Virus record (IMG/VR): IMGVR_UViG_3300032332_000044
Span: 1 to 35,498 of that record
Strand: one strand, 5' to 3'
Length of the DNA stretch: 35,498 nt
Source of the DNA: a virus
Lineage: Duplodnaviria > Caudoviricetes
Both the position numbers and the translations under genes were made by a program. Under the pieces are notes generated by a model. That model did no database searches. It saw only the letters and a list, made by a program, of their open reading frames with translations, and was not told where the DNA came from. This document shows positions 8,139 to 17,740 of the stretch, piece by piece (the stretch's first letter is position 1; each line of letters begins with the position of its first letter).

Positions 8139-8368
8139 TCTGCCCAGAATGCAAAGCATGGACCCGCGTCCTGGAGACGCGGCACAAATACGACAACGAA
8201 GTTTATCGCCGGTATGAGTGCGCCAATACGCACCGGTTCTCGACGATGGAGAGAGTAAAACTCAGAGAGGTGAAGAATGAAGATTACAGCAACATTCCAA
8301 GACGAACAGGAGGCCATCATGGCGATCCACTCGGGCTACGCCTGGCAGACCCTGCAAGAGATCAATGA
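8135..8368 (+). CDS. Zn-ribbon protein (NrdR N-terminus-like)
   Basis: MICPEC...TRVLETR...RRYECANTHRFSTME. Confidence 0.75.
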   Translation: MICPECKAWTRVLETRHKYDNEVYRRYECANTHRFSTMERVKLREVKNEDYSNIPRRTGGHHGDPLGLRLADPARDQ

Positions 8369-8471
8369 AGTGCTGCGCTCAAATAGAAAACACGGCCTAC
8401 CTTTTGAGCAGACCGTGTCTGAGATACAGGCATCTGTGAACGATGCCCTGGCATTGATTCCTGATTATTAA
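8277..8471 (+). CDS. Hypothetical protein
   Basis: GAGGTG RBS before ATG 8277. Confidence 0.7.
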   Translation: MKITATFQDEQEAIMAIHSGYAWQTLQEINEVLRSNRKHGLPFEQTVSEIQASVNDALALIPDY

Positions 8472-8737
8472 GCCGTTTCGGCTTCTTCTTCGTCGTCGTA
8501 CTCTTCCTCGTCATCGCCCCAATCTGCCTCGTCGTCTTCAACCAACAACCACTCGCCGGTCTCTTCGTTCAGCCAGTACCAAGCGTCGTACTCAGCGTCA
8601 TACCAGCAATAGCAGTCGTACTCTTCGTCGTACTCGTACTCTTCTCCGTCTTCAAAAAAGCAATCAGACAACGATTCACCGTCGTCGGTGATTTCCATTG
8701 AGGTGGAATTGTTGATGATAAATGTGAATGAAACCAT
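8468..8737 (-). CDS. Extremely acidic, aromatic-rich small protein (89 aa)
   Basis: AAGGAG RBS before ATG 8737; ~36 D/E and no K/R/H. Confidence 0.8.
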   Translation of the reverse strand: MVSFTFIINNSTSMEITDDGESLSDCFFEDGEEYEYDEEYDCYCWYDAEYDAWYWLNEETGEWLLVEDDEADWGDDEEEYDDEEEAETA

Positions 8738-8747
8738 AAAAAACTCC

Positions 8748-9716
8748 TTAAACGTTAATGATCTGACCGCGAAACTCAACCTGATCGTCTGCCCACTTAT
8801 GAACCAACTCAGGCCACAAAATCCTACCACCTTTGAATGTCAGGACCGCAAATCCGGACCGGTGGTTCAGCGGGTTACCCTCGCCATAATCAAACTGTGG
8901 ACCGTAGGGTTCAGCAAGCGTTCCAGTGTCTACACCATATCTATTACCGTTGTAATCGGAAAATGGAGTTACCTTCAAAGAGTGCAAGTGTCCGGTGACA
9001 ATACTTATTCCAGCATTGACCGTGTTGTTGTGGGCAGCGTGGATGCCGGATCTGTAGCGGTGCTTAATGATGCAGTCATTTGTCGGCCAAACAGACCAGG
9101 CAAACTCCCAGGCTGGCAGATGGTCCTGCAGCTTGAACCCATGCACTTCACGGTACTGCGGAGCCTGGGACGCTAGCTTATTGGCAAAGCGTGTATCGTG
9201 ATTTCCCCAAGTAAACAGCAGCTTTACATTGTGCCTGGCTGCCTTGGCCGTTTCCTCAATCTCGCCAAGATGGGCCTGCACCGCCTTGAGTTCTTCTATT
9301 ACGCTAGGAGTCTTGGACCATCCCAGCGGGTCGTGCCTGCTGATAGTAGCCCCGTCGAATGCATCTCCATTAGAGATGACTGCGTGCGGCTTCAGTTCTT
9401 TGATTGCCCACAGCAAGCCACGGTACGCGGTGGTGTACTCGCCAGGCCAGAAATGCGCGTCACTGAAAACGATTATGGTCTGGTCGAGGATGCCGAGATC
9501 CACTCGGTTCAGCGACGTCTGGATTGGCTGCATATACGCATACGCCTTGGCTCGTTCACTGGCACTGACAAGGGGCTGGTTTGAATCTTTCTCTATCCTG
9601 CGCCGACGATTATGTACAGAACGCTCAGAAATATCCAGATGCTTTGCCACTTCAGAGGCAGAACCGCTGCGGTTCCAAACCTTGATAAACTCTTCACGGG
9701 AAACTTTAGGTTGCAT
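8748..9716 (-). CDS. Calcineurin-like metallophosphoesterase with N-terminal HTH
   Basis: SDAH, NGDAFD, GNHD, GHLH; SASEVAKHLDISERSVHNR HTH. Confidence 0.88.
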   Translation of the reverse strand: MQPKVSREEFIKVWNRSGSASEVAKHLDISERSVHNRRRRIEKDSNQPLVSASERAKAYAYMQPIQTSLNRVDLGILDQTIIVFSDAHFWPGEYTTAYRGLLWAIKELKPHAVISNGDAFDGATISRHDPLGWSKTPSVIEELKAVQAHLGEIEETAKAARHNVKLLFTWGNHDTRFANKLASQAPQYREVHGFKLQDHLPAWEFAWSVWPTNDCIIKHRYRSGIHAAHNNTVNAGISIVTGHLHSLKVTPFSDYNGNRYGVDTGTLAEPYGPQFDYGEGNPLNHRSGFAVLTFKGGRILWPELVHKWADDQVEFRGQIINV

Positions 9717-9766
9717 GGTGACTCCACAAAGTTGCGTGGAATCTAACACTTATTGATGTAGCGAAC

Positions 9767-10138
9767 ATGAACCCCACTAGACTGAAACAAATCGAGCAGG
9801 CACTCAAAAAGCGCCCAATGACTTGCAAGGACTTGGCCGGCGTAGTGTTCCTGTCTGCGCGTGCAGTTGAGAACAATATGAAGAGGATGCATGAGCGCGG
9901 CCAGGTGTACGTTGCAGGATGGTCGCGCACCAAGGGGACGATTGCCAGGGTCTACGCCTGGGGGATAGGGACCGACGCCCCACGTCCTGCGGCCTACTCG
10001 GTGTATGAGCGCGTTCAGAGAGTGCGTGAGCGTGAGTCCCAGGAGGACAAGGATTTTCGGCTGGCGCGTGAGCGTGGCAAGCGCAGGAAGATCAAGGTTG
10101 ATCCGCTGATGGCGGCTTTCTACTCAATCCCCAAGTAG
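9767..10138 (+). CDS. Winged-HTH DNA-binding protein
   Basis: PMTCKDLAGVVFLSARAVENNMKRMHERGQV; basic C-terminus. Confidence 0.75.
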   Translation: MNPTRLKQIEQALKKRPMTCKDLAGVVFLSARAVENNMKRMHERGQVYVAGWSRTKGTIARVYAWGIGTDAPRPAAYSVYERVQRVRERESQEDKDFRLARERGKRRKIKVDPLMAAFYSIPK

Positions 10139-12271
10139 TCCAGAACCATACGGTTGCAGATTGCTACCAATACCGCCACCAGTGAATCCACCAAGACCAG
10201 CGGCTCGTGATCGAGCCTCACCTTGACGGCGTAATTGCATTATCAAATCGTTTAATGCTTGTGGTTCACGCGATAGCAGGATCTGTCCCATCTGATTGCG
10301 CACCGGCTCAGGCGTGCTGATCCTGTTAGCCAGGCCAACCGCTGACGTAATCATTCCTGGAATATTGCCACTCGCTACAGACTGACCGGCAGCCATAGCA
10401 GGAGCGATATCTAGGTCAGACATACCAGCCAGGCGTGCTGCAGTCTGCGATCCACGGCCAGCAGACTCCAGACCTTTCAGTCGTGCCTCTTGGGCTACAG
10501 CAGCAGCAAACTTACGGTAGTCGCCTTCAAATACAGCTTTCAGACGTTCCTGAGTAGCTGGTTCCTTCCACATCTTCAGCAGTGACGTTTGACCGGCCTC
10601 TGTGCCTGTCTTTTGGCGCAAGGACTGCAACGCACCAATGCGGAATGCATCAATCTCTGATCCAGACAACGCACCAAGTTCTTGTTTGAAATTGACAATG
10701 TCGCCCGTCATTGCCTTGCGACCGAGTTCTGCTGCATCCATCATTTGCGACGGGCCTGCCCACTTATCCAGAGCCTGCTTGTAAGCCGACTGACCGCCTA
10801 ACTTTGGCGACTTGTCAACTAGGAAACCGGTCAGGCTGACGCGAATATCATCAATGGCCTTTGCTTGGTTTCCGCTTCCTGATTGCTTGGCTGATTGTGC
10901 CGCGTCGTATAGCGACTGCTTAACAGAGTCCAGTACCGTCATGGGTACGACATCGCCTTTTTTAAGGTTTCCCAGGTTGATCTCATTCCCCGTCTGCCTG
11001 CGGAATAAAGTCTCCGCGCCACCCTGCAAGTCTTTAGACTTTTGAAGCAGCGTGAGCAGATTGTCATCAACCGTAACGCTGGCGTTTTTAATGGCATCGT
11101 AGAAAGGTTGCGCTTGGTCCCTACGCATGGTATTGAACGCATCCAGGCTTTGCTGGAACTGAGCACCTTGCGTTCCCAAAGCCTCGTCAGCGGCAGATAC
11201 CAAGCGTCCTGCACGTCCTGCTTGGCGCTCTCGGATAGCACGCTCCAGCGCCTGCTTAGTCTCACCAGGTAGGGTCGCCAGGGTATCCAGCAATCCGCGC
11301 ACGTTAGCGCCTCCAACGTCAGCAATACGCGCCTCTGATCCCAACTTACCCATCCGCGCCTGCGACATGGTGAGTGCGCTTTGCAATAGGTCTGGTGGCG
11401 TATCGCGCAGCAGCGCCTCGGCGACCTTTTGCTGGGCGTAGCGTGATGCTGCCGTATCAGATACCCGCGCCATGACTTGCCTACCGCCGGCTCCAAGTAC
11501 GGCCATCACCGGCTGACTTACAGGGCCAAGTACGCCACCAATGGCTGCACTCTTTAGCGCGTCCTGGGTGATCTGTCCCATATCCTCACCAGTTGAAGAT
11601 CCTGCGCCACCTACCAGGCCATATCCAACGCCAGCAGTACCGGCCTGCACCATGCGCTGACCCATACCCATAGTCTGACCAGCGGCAGGAGCACCAGCTA
11701 GGTATCTGCCTATGCCTTGTATATTGGCTGCTACTCGCGGAGCCACTGCCTCAACTCCAGACACAATTGGACGTGCGGCCGCACCAATTGCTCTGCTTGT
11801 TAGGTTGGACATTGCCAATGGTAAAGATGCTGCACCTTGCAACCCAGCAGATAACCAGGGACTTTCCTTCATGTAGGACTCAGTTGCACCGCGCACAACG
11901 TCGCGCTGCTGCTGATATGCCTGGCTTAATGGGATATTCTGCTGGTACGCAAGCAAAGGTGCAGCAACTGCACCAGCCAACTCATCAAAATAACCGAGCG
12001 TCGGGCCTTGCATTGCCGTGACAATGGCCCTCTCTGTAGTGGACTTCTGAGCGCCCTGCTCAAATGACGGCGACCTACGCTCCATGATCGACTTGATGAT
12101 GTCAGGTGCAGCGTAATTGTTTTCAAGTGCAGTCTTTACTTGCGGTCCAACAGTAGGCTGAGTCTGCAAGAACTGAGCAATTTCCTCGTCAGTGTAGTTA
12201 GCCTTCTTGGCCTCCAAGATTTGAGCGTTCAAATCTTTCCACTCATCCCATCCTGATTTTTCTCCAGCCAT
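10124..12271 (-). CDS. Large DNA-ejection/internal virion protein (putative)
   Basis: 715 aa, Ala/Gly/Gln-rich and helical; last of the podovirus-type ejection cluster. Confidence 0.65.
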   Translation of the reverse strand: MAGEKSGWDEWKDLNAQILEAKKANYTDEEIAQFLQTQPTVGPQVKTALENNYAAPDIIKSIMERRSPSFEQGAQKSTTERAIVTAMQGPTLGYFDELAGAVAAPLLAYQQNIPLSQAYQQQRDVVRGATESYMKESPWLSAGLQGAASLPLAMSNLTSRAIGAAARPIVSGVEAVAPRVAANIQGIGRYLAGAPAAGQTMGMGQRMVQAGTAGVGYGLVGGAGSSTGEDMGQITQDALKSAAIGGVLGPVSQPVMAVLGAGGRQVMARVSDTAASRYAQQKVAEALLRDTPPDLLQSALTMSQARMGKLGSEARIADVGGANVRGLLDTLATLPGETKQALERAIRERQAGRAGRLVSAADEALGTQGAQFQQSLDAFNTMRRDQAQPFYDAIKNASVTVDDNLLTLLQKSKDLQGGAETLFRRQTGNEINLGNLKKGDVVPMTVLDSVKQSLYDAAQSAKQSGSGNQAKAIDDIRVSLTGFLVDKSPKLGGQSAYKQALDKWAGPSQMMDAAELGRKAMTGDIVNFKQELGALSGSEIDAFRIGALQSLRQKTGTEAGQTSLLKMWKEPATQERLKAVFEGDYRKFAAAVAQEARLKGLESAGRGSQTAARLAGMSDLDIAPAMAAGQSVASGNIPGMITSAVGLANRISTPEPVRNQMGQILLSREPQALNDLIMQLRRQGEARSRAAGLGGFTGGGIGSNLQPYGSGLLGD

Positions 12272-14172
12272 TATGGTGCTCCTCTTGGTCGGATGATTGA
12301 ACTCAATGGTGGTCTACCAGCACCACCGGCTGCTCCTGCTGGTGGAGCAAATGTAAACACTGGAGCAGTTCCTCCGAGTGCCGTAGTGGCATCGATATCG
12401 TACTTATTGCCAAATGCAGCATACTCACCGCGTTTTGCATTGTATGAATTAGCAGCTGCGTTATAGAGTTCATTCGCAAGCGAACCAAAATCAGTACGTT
12501 GGCTAGGTGTAAGCAGAGTTCCCTTCTTCCACATATCAACGTAGTTAGTCAGACGATCCATCTTCCCGCTTGCTGCCATAGCAATACCCAACTCAGACTC
12601 ACGCACTACTGATCCAGGATCGAGCAATTTCATAATCTTGGTTGCAGCCGCAACATCACCAATTGGATTTTCTTTCTTGAGTGATTCTTGAACTTGCTTG
12701 AATGCACTATTCATGCTCTGGAATTCTTTGTATACAGGCTCGTTAGTGAATTCCTTTTTCAAGTCAAATTCGTTCTTAAATCCTTTTTCACCAGTGTTGA
12801 TGGATACGCTAGTTGCTCCAGACTTACGATAATCTTGAACTTTTGCAATTCCAGCAGCACCGGATCCAGCCAATGGTTTACCAGTTAAAAACTCAACATC
12901 AGTGATTGATGTAGATGGTGGATTAAATTGCGATACACCTTCAAGTATTTTGCTTGTTCCATCATCGTAATACTGGACCATCTTAGGAGCGCCACCAATC
13001 ATTTGCATTCTTGGCTCGCCTTGCGGTTTAGCTACTTGGCTAACACCTGATATAGGCTTAAATGTCCCATCATCGTAATACTGAACCATTTGGACCTTAC
13101 CATTAACCAGTTGTTGTTGTGGTTGTCCCATAGGTTTAGCTGCTGGCTTTACTGTTCCTCCGGCAAACAACTTAACATCTCCTGATTCAGTGCGTTGATA
13201 AACATTACCATCAGCACCTCTAAATGGCTCACCAACTGGTTTATCCATTGGAGATACACCCTTAAATGGGATAGTACCGCCAGACTTCAGACGCGAATAC
13301 ATAAGGCCATCATTTCCTCTGAATGGCTCGCCAATCACTTCATCAATAGGCCGAATCTGTTTTGCTAAATCAGCATATGCTTTGGCTTTTGCAGTATCTC
13401 CAACTTGCGCTGCAATGGTGGACGCTCTCATGTATCGATCATGCTGAATATCTATTGCGCTCATAGGTTGAGCAGCAACACGAGCAGGAATCTCTTGAGG
13501 TGGTTCTTGTAATCCTGTAACCGATGTTGGGGATACTTGCTGTGGTGCAGCAACAGCACCAGGCGCTGCAGCTTCTCCTGTCAATGCTCCACTAATAAGC
13601 GCGTCAATAGTACGCGCACGCTTGTACTCATCCATCTTCTGCTTAATCGTCATGCTCTGCATCAGATTCTGCTGCGCACCTTGGTAGCCCTGCTGCCCTG
13701 CACCATAAGCCTGACCAAGCGCCTGGCCGAGTCCTATAGGTGTGCGGCTTGGGCCTGATGCCGCAAGCAGTTGCATAGCCGCTGACAATACGCCCTGGTT
13801 CTGTAGCTGCGCTCTTTGCTCCGGCGTAATATACTCGTCGAGTGCAGATGGCGCACCAAACATATCACCCAGCAGGCCGAGTGTGCGCTTTGGTGCTGCT
13901 CCTGGGGATGCAACATCTGATGCAGCACCAGCACGATAGTCTGGATTGTCTTGCGCCATCATGTCAACAACGTCAACATTCTGCGCAGTTGGCATCATTG
14001 AGCCGCCAGGAGCGAATCCCAATTCCATTGGTGTCTTGAATCTTTCCCCGATATTTGCTATCTCTCTTTCACGGAGCAATGCATCTATCTCTTCCTGAGT
14101 AGGTCGCACAGTCCCAGACATAAATCTGGGCAGATATGCGCCACGATCAAATCCGAAAAAATCTGCTGCCAT
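12271..14172 (-). CDS. DNA-ejection/internal virion protein (putative)
   Basis: Start MAADFF at 14172; GQALGQAYGAGQQGY segment; DPGSVVRESE motif; internal repeats. Confidence 0.65.
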   Translation of the reverse strand: MAADFFGFDRGAYLPRFMSGTVRPTQEEIDALLREREIANIGERFKTPMELGFAPGGSMMPTAQNVDVVDMMAQDNPDYRAGAASDVASPGAAPKRTLGLLGDMFGAPSALDEYITPEQRAQLQNQGVLSAAMQLLAASGPSRTPIGLGQALGQAYGAGQQGYQGAQQNLMQSMTIKQKMDEYKRARTIDALISGALTGEAAAPGAVAAPQQVSPTSVTGLQEPPQEIPARVAAQPMSAIDIQHDRYMRASTIAAQVGDTAKAKAYADLAKQIRPIDEVIGEPFRGNDGLMYSRLKSGGTIPFKGVSPMDKPVGEPFRGADGNVYQRTESGDVKLFAGGTVKPAAKPMGQPQQQLVNGKVQMVQYYDDGTFKPISGVSQVAKPQGEPRMQMIGGAPKMVQYYDDGTSKILEGVSQFNPPSTSITDVEFLTGKPLAGSGAAGIAKVQDYRKSGATSVSINTGEKGFKNEFDLKKEFTNEPVYKEFQSMNSAFKQVQESLKKENPIGDVAAATKIMKLLDPGSVVRESELGIAMAASGKMDRLTNYVDMWKKGTLLTPSQRTDFGSLANELYNAAANSYNAKRGEYAAFGNKYDIDATTALGGTAPVFTFAPPAGAAGGAGRPPLSSIIRPRGAP

Positions 14173-14182
14173 TCTTTTCCCC

Positions 14183-14914
14183 TTATCCAAAGTATCCAAG
14201 CAGACCGCCGAGTGCAGCACCGTAACCACCGCCCAACTGGTAACCTGCAGCAGCACCACCCAAAGCGCCTGATGCACGATTCTGGTAGTAAGGTTGCGTC
14301 TGGGTCATGCCGAGATTTGGTAGCTGGGTAGAGAGTCCACCAGTGGCGATCTGCAGTTTCTCCAGGCCAATGTTGCGCAGGGCATCCAACTGCGCCTGCT
14401 CCAACTGCTGACGCGCACCGCCAAGGCCCATCACTGCCTGGCCGCCAGAGATATTTGCACCCTTGGCGTACTGAGCCAACTGAGCAGCCTGGCCGTAACC
14501 CTGTGCGCGTAACTGCGCAGCAGTATCAGCCGCCTGCTTTATGGCAGCAGCGTTTGTGAGTGACTCCTGCACTCCTTGGCGTGATCCACCAAATGCGCGT
14601 GCTGCTGTAGCCGCTTGACGATCTCGCAATTGTTGAGTTTGCAATGCTGCACCAACATCAGATAGTGAACGCTGAACCACCTCGTTCTCGTACGGGTTCA
14701 TAAACTGCTGGATTGACTCGCCAGTGAACGGGGTCAGAGCCTCGTTTGTGACTTGCTGCTCTCCAGCCGTATACAAAGGATTAAACCCAGCATATTGCCG
14801 TACTGGTAATGCTCCAGCAACGTTCTGAGCCTGGCCGATATTGCGTAGATACGCTGCCTTCAGATCAGGGTCAATCGCTGTGGTGCTAGTTGTGCTTCCG
14901 CCGCCTTTAGACAT
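14183..14914 (-). CDS. Small DNA-ejection/pilot protein (putative)
   Basis: MSKGGGSTT start, Gln/Ala-rich, FMNPY and AFGGSR motifs, Gly-rich hydrophobic C-terminus. Confidence 0.65.
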   Translation of the reverse strand: MSKGGGSTTSTTAIDPDLKAAYLRNIGQAQNVAGALPVRQYAGFNPLYTAGEQQVTNEALTPFTGESIQQFMNPYENEVVQRSLSDVGAALQTQQLRDRQAATAARAFGGSRQGVQESLTNAAAIKQAADTAAQLRAQGYGQAAQLAQYAKGANISGGQAVMGLGGARQQLEQAQLDALRNIGLEKLQIATGGLSTQLPNLGMTQTQPYYQNRASGALGGAAAGYQLGGGYGAALGGLLGYFG

Positions 14915-14925
14915 ATCGTTTCTCC

Positions 14926-15900
14926 TTACATTTCGAGCAAGCCGCGCAGCTTGCCCTTTGAAATCTTGCCCGAGTTAATGGCATCCATCAACTCGATACC
15001 ATATTTTTTTACCGCCTTGTCGTTGATTACGTACTCGCCATCCTTGAGTGCGCCGTAACCGTCATCTGGTCCCATTGGATTCGGGCCTTGCAAGTGCATC
15101 ATGGAGACGCGACCGCCTTTGGCAAAGCCACCGCGTGTTCCACGGTCACCACCGCCTGATGCATCCCCGTTGTTGCCTCCAGTGGCTACACCACCACCAC
15201 CGCCACCGCTATTACCACCACCTCCACCGCGACCCTCATTACTGTAGTTACTGGTGTCACCTTGCGCTGCTGCTTGTGCAGCGGCTGCTGCACTTGCTGC
15301 TGCTGCGGCCGCATCTGCTGTACTAACTTGAGCAGGATATCTATTCAGCAGGCTTTGCGTTTCTGCTGGTTGTGCGAATGCTGCTTCGGCAGCATAAAAA
15401 TCATTCTCACTAATACCTGGAGGAACTGGACCAGTACCGTATGGGCGACCTTCTGCTGCAGCATCTGTTGTTGGCGTTGGTGTTGCACTGATAAACCCAC
15501 CAGTGGGAGCAGGATAGTTTATTCCTTCATTGCTGTAATTGGGATTTACTTGTCCTGCTAAGTAATTCCCATATGCAGTAGATAGAAGTCCTGTTAATGG
15601 GGATACGTATCTTATATTTCTACCAAACTGAGATGCGTTATACGCCTGCTGGCTAGTAGGTTCAGCGAATGCCACACCTTCATCTGATGGCATTACAGGT
15701 CCGCGCCCACCGCCTGCTGCCCCCAAAAGCGGAACAGATTGCGCAATGATGTCGGCATAGCGGTTCGCTGGTGCAGCGGCTGGCGTGTACGCTGTAGCGT
15801 CATAACCTCCGGTGTAGCTTTGTGGGTAACCGAAAAACGAATACGGCTGCGCCTGCGCGTAATTCGCCATGATCTCCGCGTATCGGTTTCTTGTCGCCAT
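14926..15900 (-). CDS. Low-complexity virion-associated protein
   Basis: Ala/Gly-rich; C-terminal FAKGG..GPDDGYGALKDGEYVINDKAVKKYG domain. Confidence 0.6.
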   Translation of the reverse strand: MATRNRYAEIMANYAQAQPYSFFGYPQSYTGGYDATAYTPAAAPANRYADIIAQSVPLLGAAGGGRGPVMPSDEGVAFAEPTSQQAYNASQFGRNIRYVSPLTGLLSTAYGNYLAGQVNPNYSNEGINYPAPTGGFISATPTPTTDAAAEGRPYGTGPVPPGISENDFYAAEAAFAQPAETQSLLNRYPAQVSTADAAAAAASAAAAAQAAAQGDTSNYSNEGRGGGGGNSGGGGGGVATGGNNGDASGGGDRGTRGGFAKGGRVSMMHLQGPNPMGPDDGYGALKDGEYVINDKAVKKYGIELMDAINSGKISKGKLRGLLEM

Positions 15901-16260
15901 CTACAACTCCTTACTAAGAATATGCCACTTCGGGGCATATCCCTCGTCTGCTAAAAATGTCCTTGCCCAACCCTTACGGCCAGCCAAGGTAACTCGCGTG
16001 CAACCAATCTGCTTACCCCAAGCCTCGATGTGTGGTCGCATCCGCTTGAGTTCATCTAGGTCGCCGCCAGCAAGAAAATAGTGCAGATTCTTGAGTCGCG
16101 GATAGACAATGATCTCTGTGATGACTGCGCTATTTACCCCAGGCCATAGCTGGAATCTGTTCTCCTCTACACCCTGCGCAACATCTTCAAGAGTGTGGGT
16201 TCCTGCTGAGTATTCTAAGGCGGCTTCGATGTGTTGTGCCAACCGCCAGAAATCCTCCAT
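15901..16260 (-). CDS. Putative GNAT-fold protein of the podovirus tail module
   Basis: Start MEDFW at 16260; FLAGG..WGKQIGC..LAGRKGWAR; position after the tail-tube gene. Confidence 0.55.
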   Translation of the reverse strand: MEDFWRLAQHIEAALEYSAGTHTLEDVAQGVEENRFQLWPGVNSAVITEIIVYPRLKNLHYFLAGGDLDELKRMRPHIEAWGKQIGCTRVTLAGRKGWARTFLADEGYAPKWHILSKEL

Positions 16261-17738
16261 TACCGTTTCCCTGCCGACGTAGCCTCCAGCCGCATCACGC
16301 CGACCCGCCAATCTTCCAGGACGCTTCCGGTGACCTTCATCTTGACTGACCGGCCTGAGAACCTGGTATCGGTTGGCGCCTTGGCGCTAAACGGGCCGTA
16401 ACTAACTTCGTCCGATGTCGGGTACATCCTGGCCGTAAATGAGATCAGGACCTCTCCCAGTGTCTGCTCGTCAGGAATAACCGATCTGACGGCCATCACA
16501 TTGTCACCATTCCCGAGTTCAATCGGACCGGACTGAGCGTAGGGAGCCACCGAGTCATAGGTATAGCCGACCTCGTGGTCGTAGATGTACCCGTCGGTGC
16601 TGACCATCATAGGATTTACGAATACACCGCGATCTGTTCCCGCGGTTCGCGCCATCAATCCGAAATACCAAGTGCCTTCACGATAGTTGTAGGTGACATA
16701 TGAGTCATTCTCGTTAGAAGAAAGCGACGGGTAGAACCAAGTCACCTCGCCATAGGCAGAATTATGGACAGCGTAGACCTTTGATGCCTGGGCATAGTTT
16801 ATATTGTTGAAGATGTAGTCTCCAACATCGCACTGCATGGGCTTGACAAACCCGTCATAGGACCAAAATCCAGACTGGCTCATCCACATTGCGGACGTGT
16901 CGATGGCTGCTACAGCCTGCGCGGAAATAACCCCGCATCCGCTACCAACCTTCTCAAAACTGTAGACGTATGGCAGTCCGATGTAGTTGGCGACGTGCGC
17001 GTCTGTGTCAGTGAATAGGATATTGACACCTCGCACGCGCTTGCCGCACTTCAGAGATCCTGGTGTCGCCAGTTCAAAGTCACCGGCCTGATTGTTAGCT
17101 GCAGCCGTCCAGGTTGTATTGTTCTCCTGGTCCGACCACTTCACCAGACGCGGATTACCCGATGCGCCCAATGCGAACATGATGCGCTCGCTGGTAACCA
17201 TCACCGCAGCGCAGCTTGTAGGTGCGTTGGTGATTACGGCCGCAATGGTGGGAGTCGTGAAACCTAGTTGCCACTCGTACAGCTTGCCGTCTGTGCTGCT
17301 GCAGGCCGTAAGGTATTCGCCCCAGGTGTCTAGGCTCCAGGTGGTGGCCGGTACTGATCCAACATCTGGACGCGCAGTGCCATAGGACAGACTTCCATAG
17401 GTGTAATAGCCGTATCCGGTTGTAGCAGTCGCATCAGCCGATCCAGTTGTAAATCCAGTAGGTGTTATGTCCTTCAGCGTACCACCGACATCCATCGCGT
17501 ACAGTTTGGACTGAGTCCCTGCAGCCGCCCAGCGGGTTGCGCTGTTATCTCGCCAAGTGATGATGCCTCTGCACTTACCCGTCATGGCAGACTGGGATTT
17601 TCTCCTCCAGCCGCCAATGGGTCGCAGGGTATTCTCAAACCAGCGTACCAGGTTGGAGTCGTACCAACGACCCATTGCCTGGTACTCAGTACCGTTGCGG
17701 TAGACGCCTGGTGGGATCTTGAGAGGAATGAGTGCCAT
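16260..17738 (-). CDS. Tail tubular/DNA-stabilisation (nozzle) protein
   Basis: 492 aa beta-rich; KWSDQEN..W, GCG, EVTWFYPS, YNYREGTW motifs; synteny. Confidence 0.75.
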   Translation of the reverse strand: MALIPLKIPPGVYRNGTEYQAMGRWYDSNLVRWFENTLRPIGGWRRKSQSAMTGKCRGIITWRDNSATRWAAAGTQSKLYAMDVGGTLKDITPTGFTTGSADATATTGYGYYTYGSLSYGTARPDVGSVPATTWSLDTWGEYLTACSSTDGKLYEWQLGFTTPTIAAVITNAPTSCAAVMVTSERIMFALGASGNPRLVKWSDQENNTTWTAAANNQAGDFELATPGSLKCGKRVRGVNILFTDTDAHVANYIGLPYVYSFEKVGSGCGVISAQAVAAIDTSAMWMSQSGFWSYDGFVKPMQCDVGDYIFNNINYAQASKVYAVHNSAYGEVTWFYPSLSSNENDSYVTYNYREGTWYFGLMARTAGTDRGVFVNPMMVSTDGYIYDHEVGYTYDSVAPYAQSGPIELGNGDNVMAVRSVIPDEQTLGEVLISFTARMYPTSDEVSYGPFSAKAPTDTRFSGRSVKMKVTGSVLEDWRVGVMRLEATSAGKR

Positions 17739-17740
17739 GA

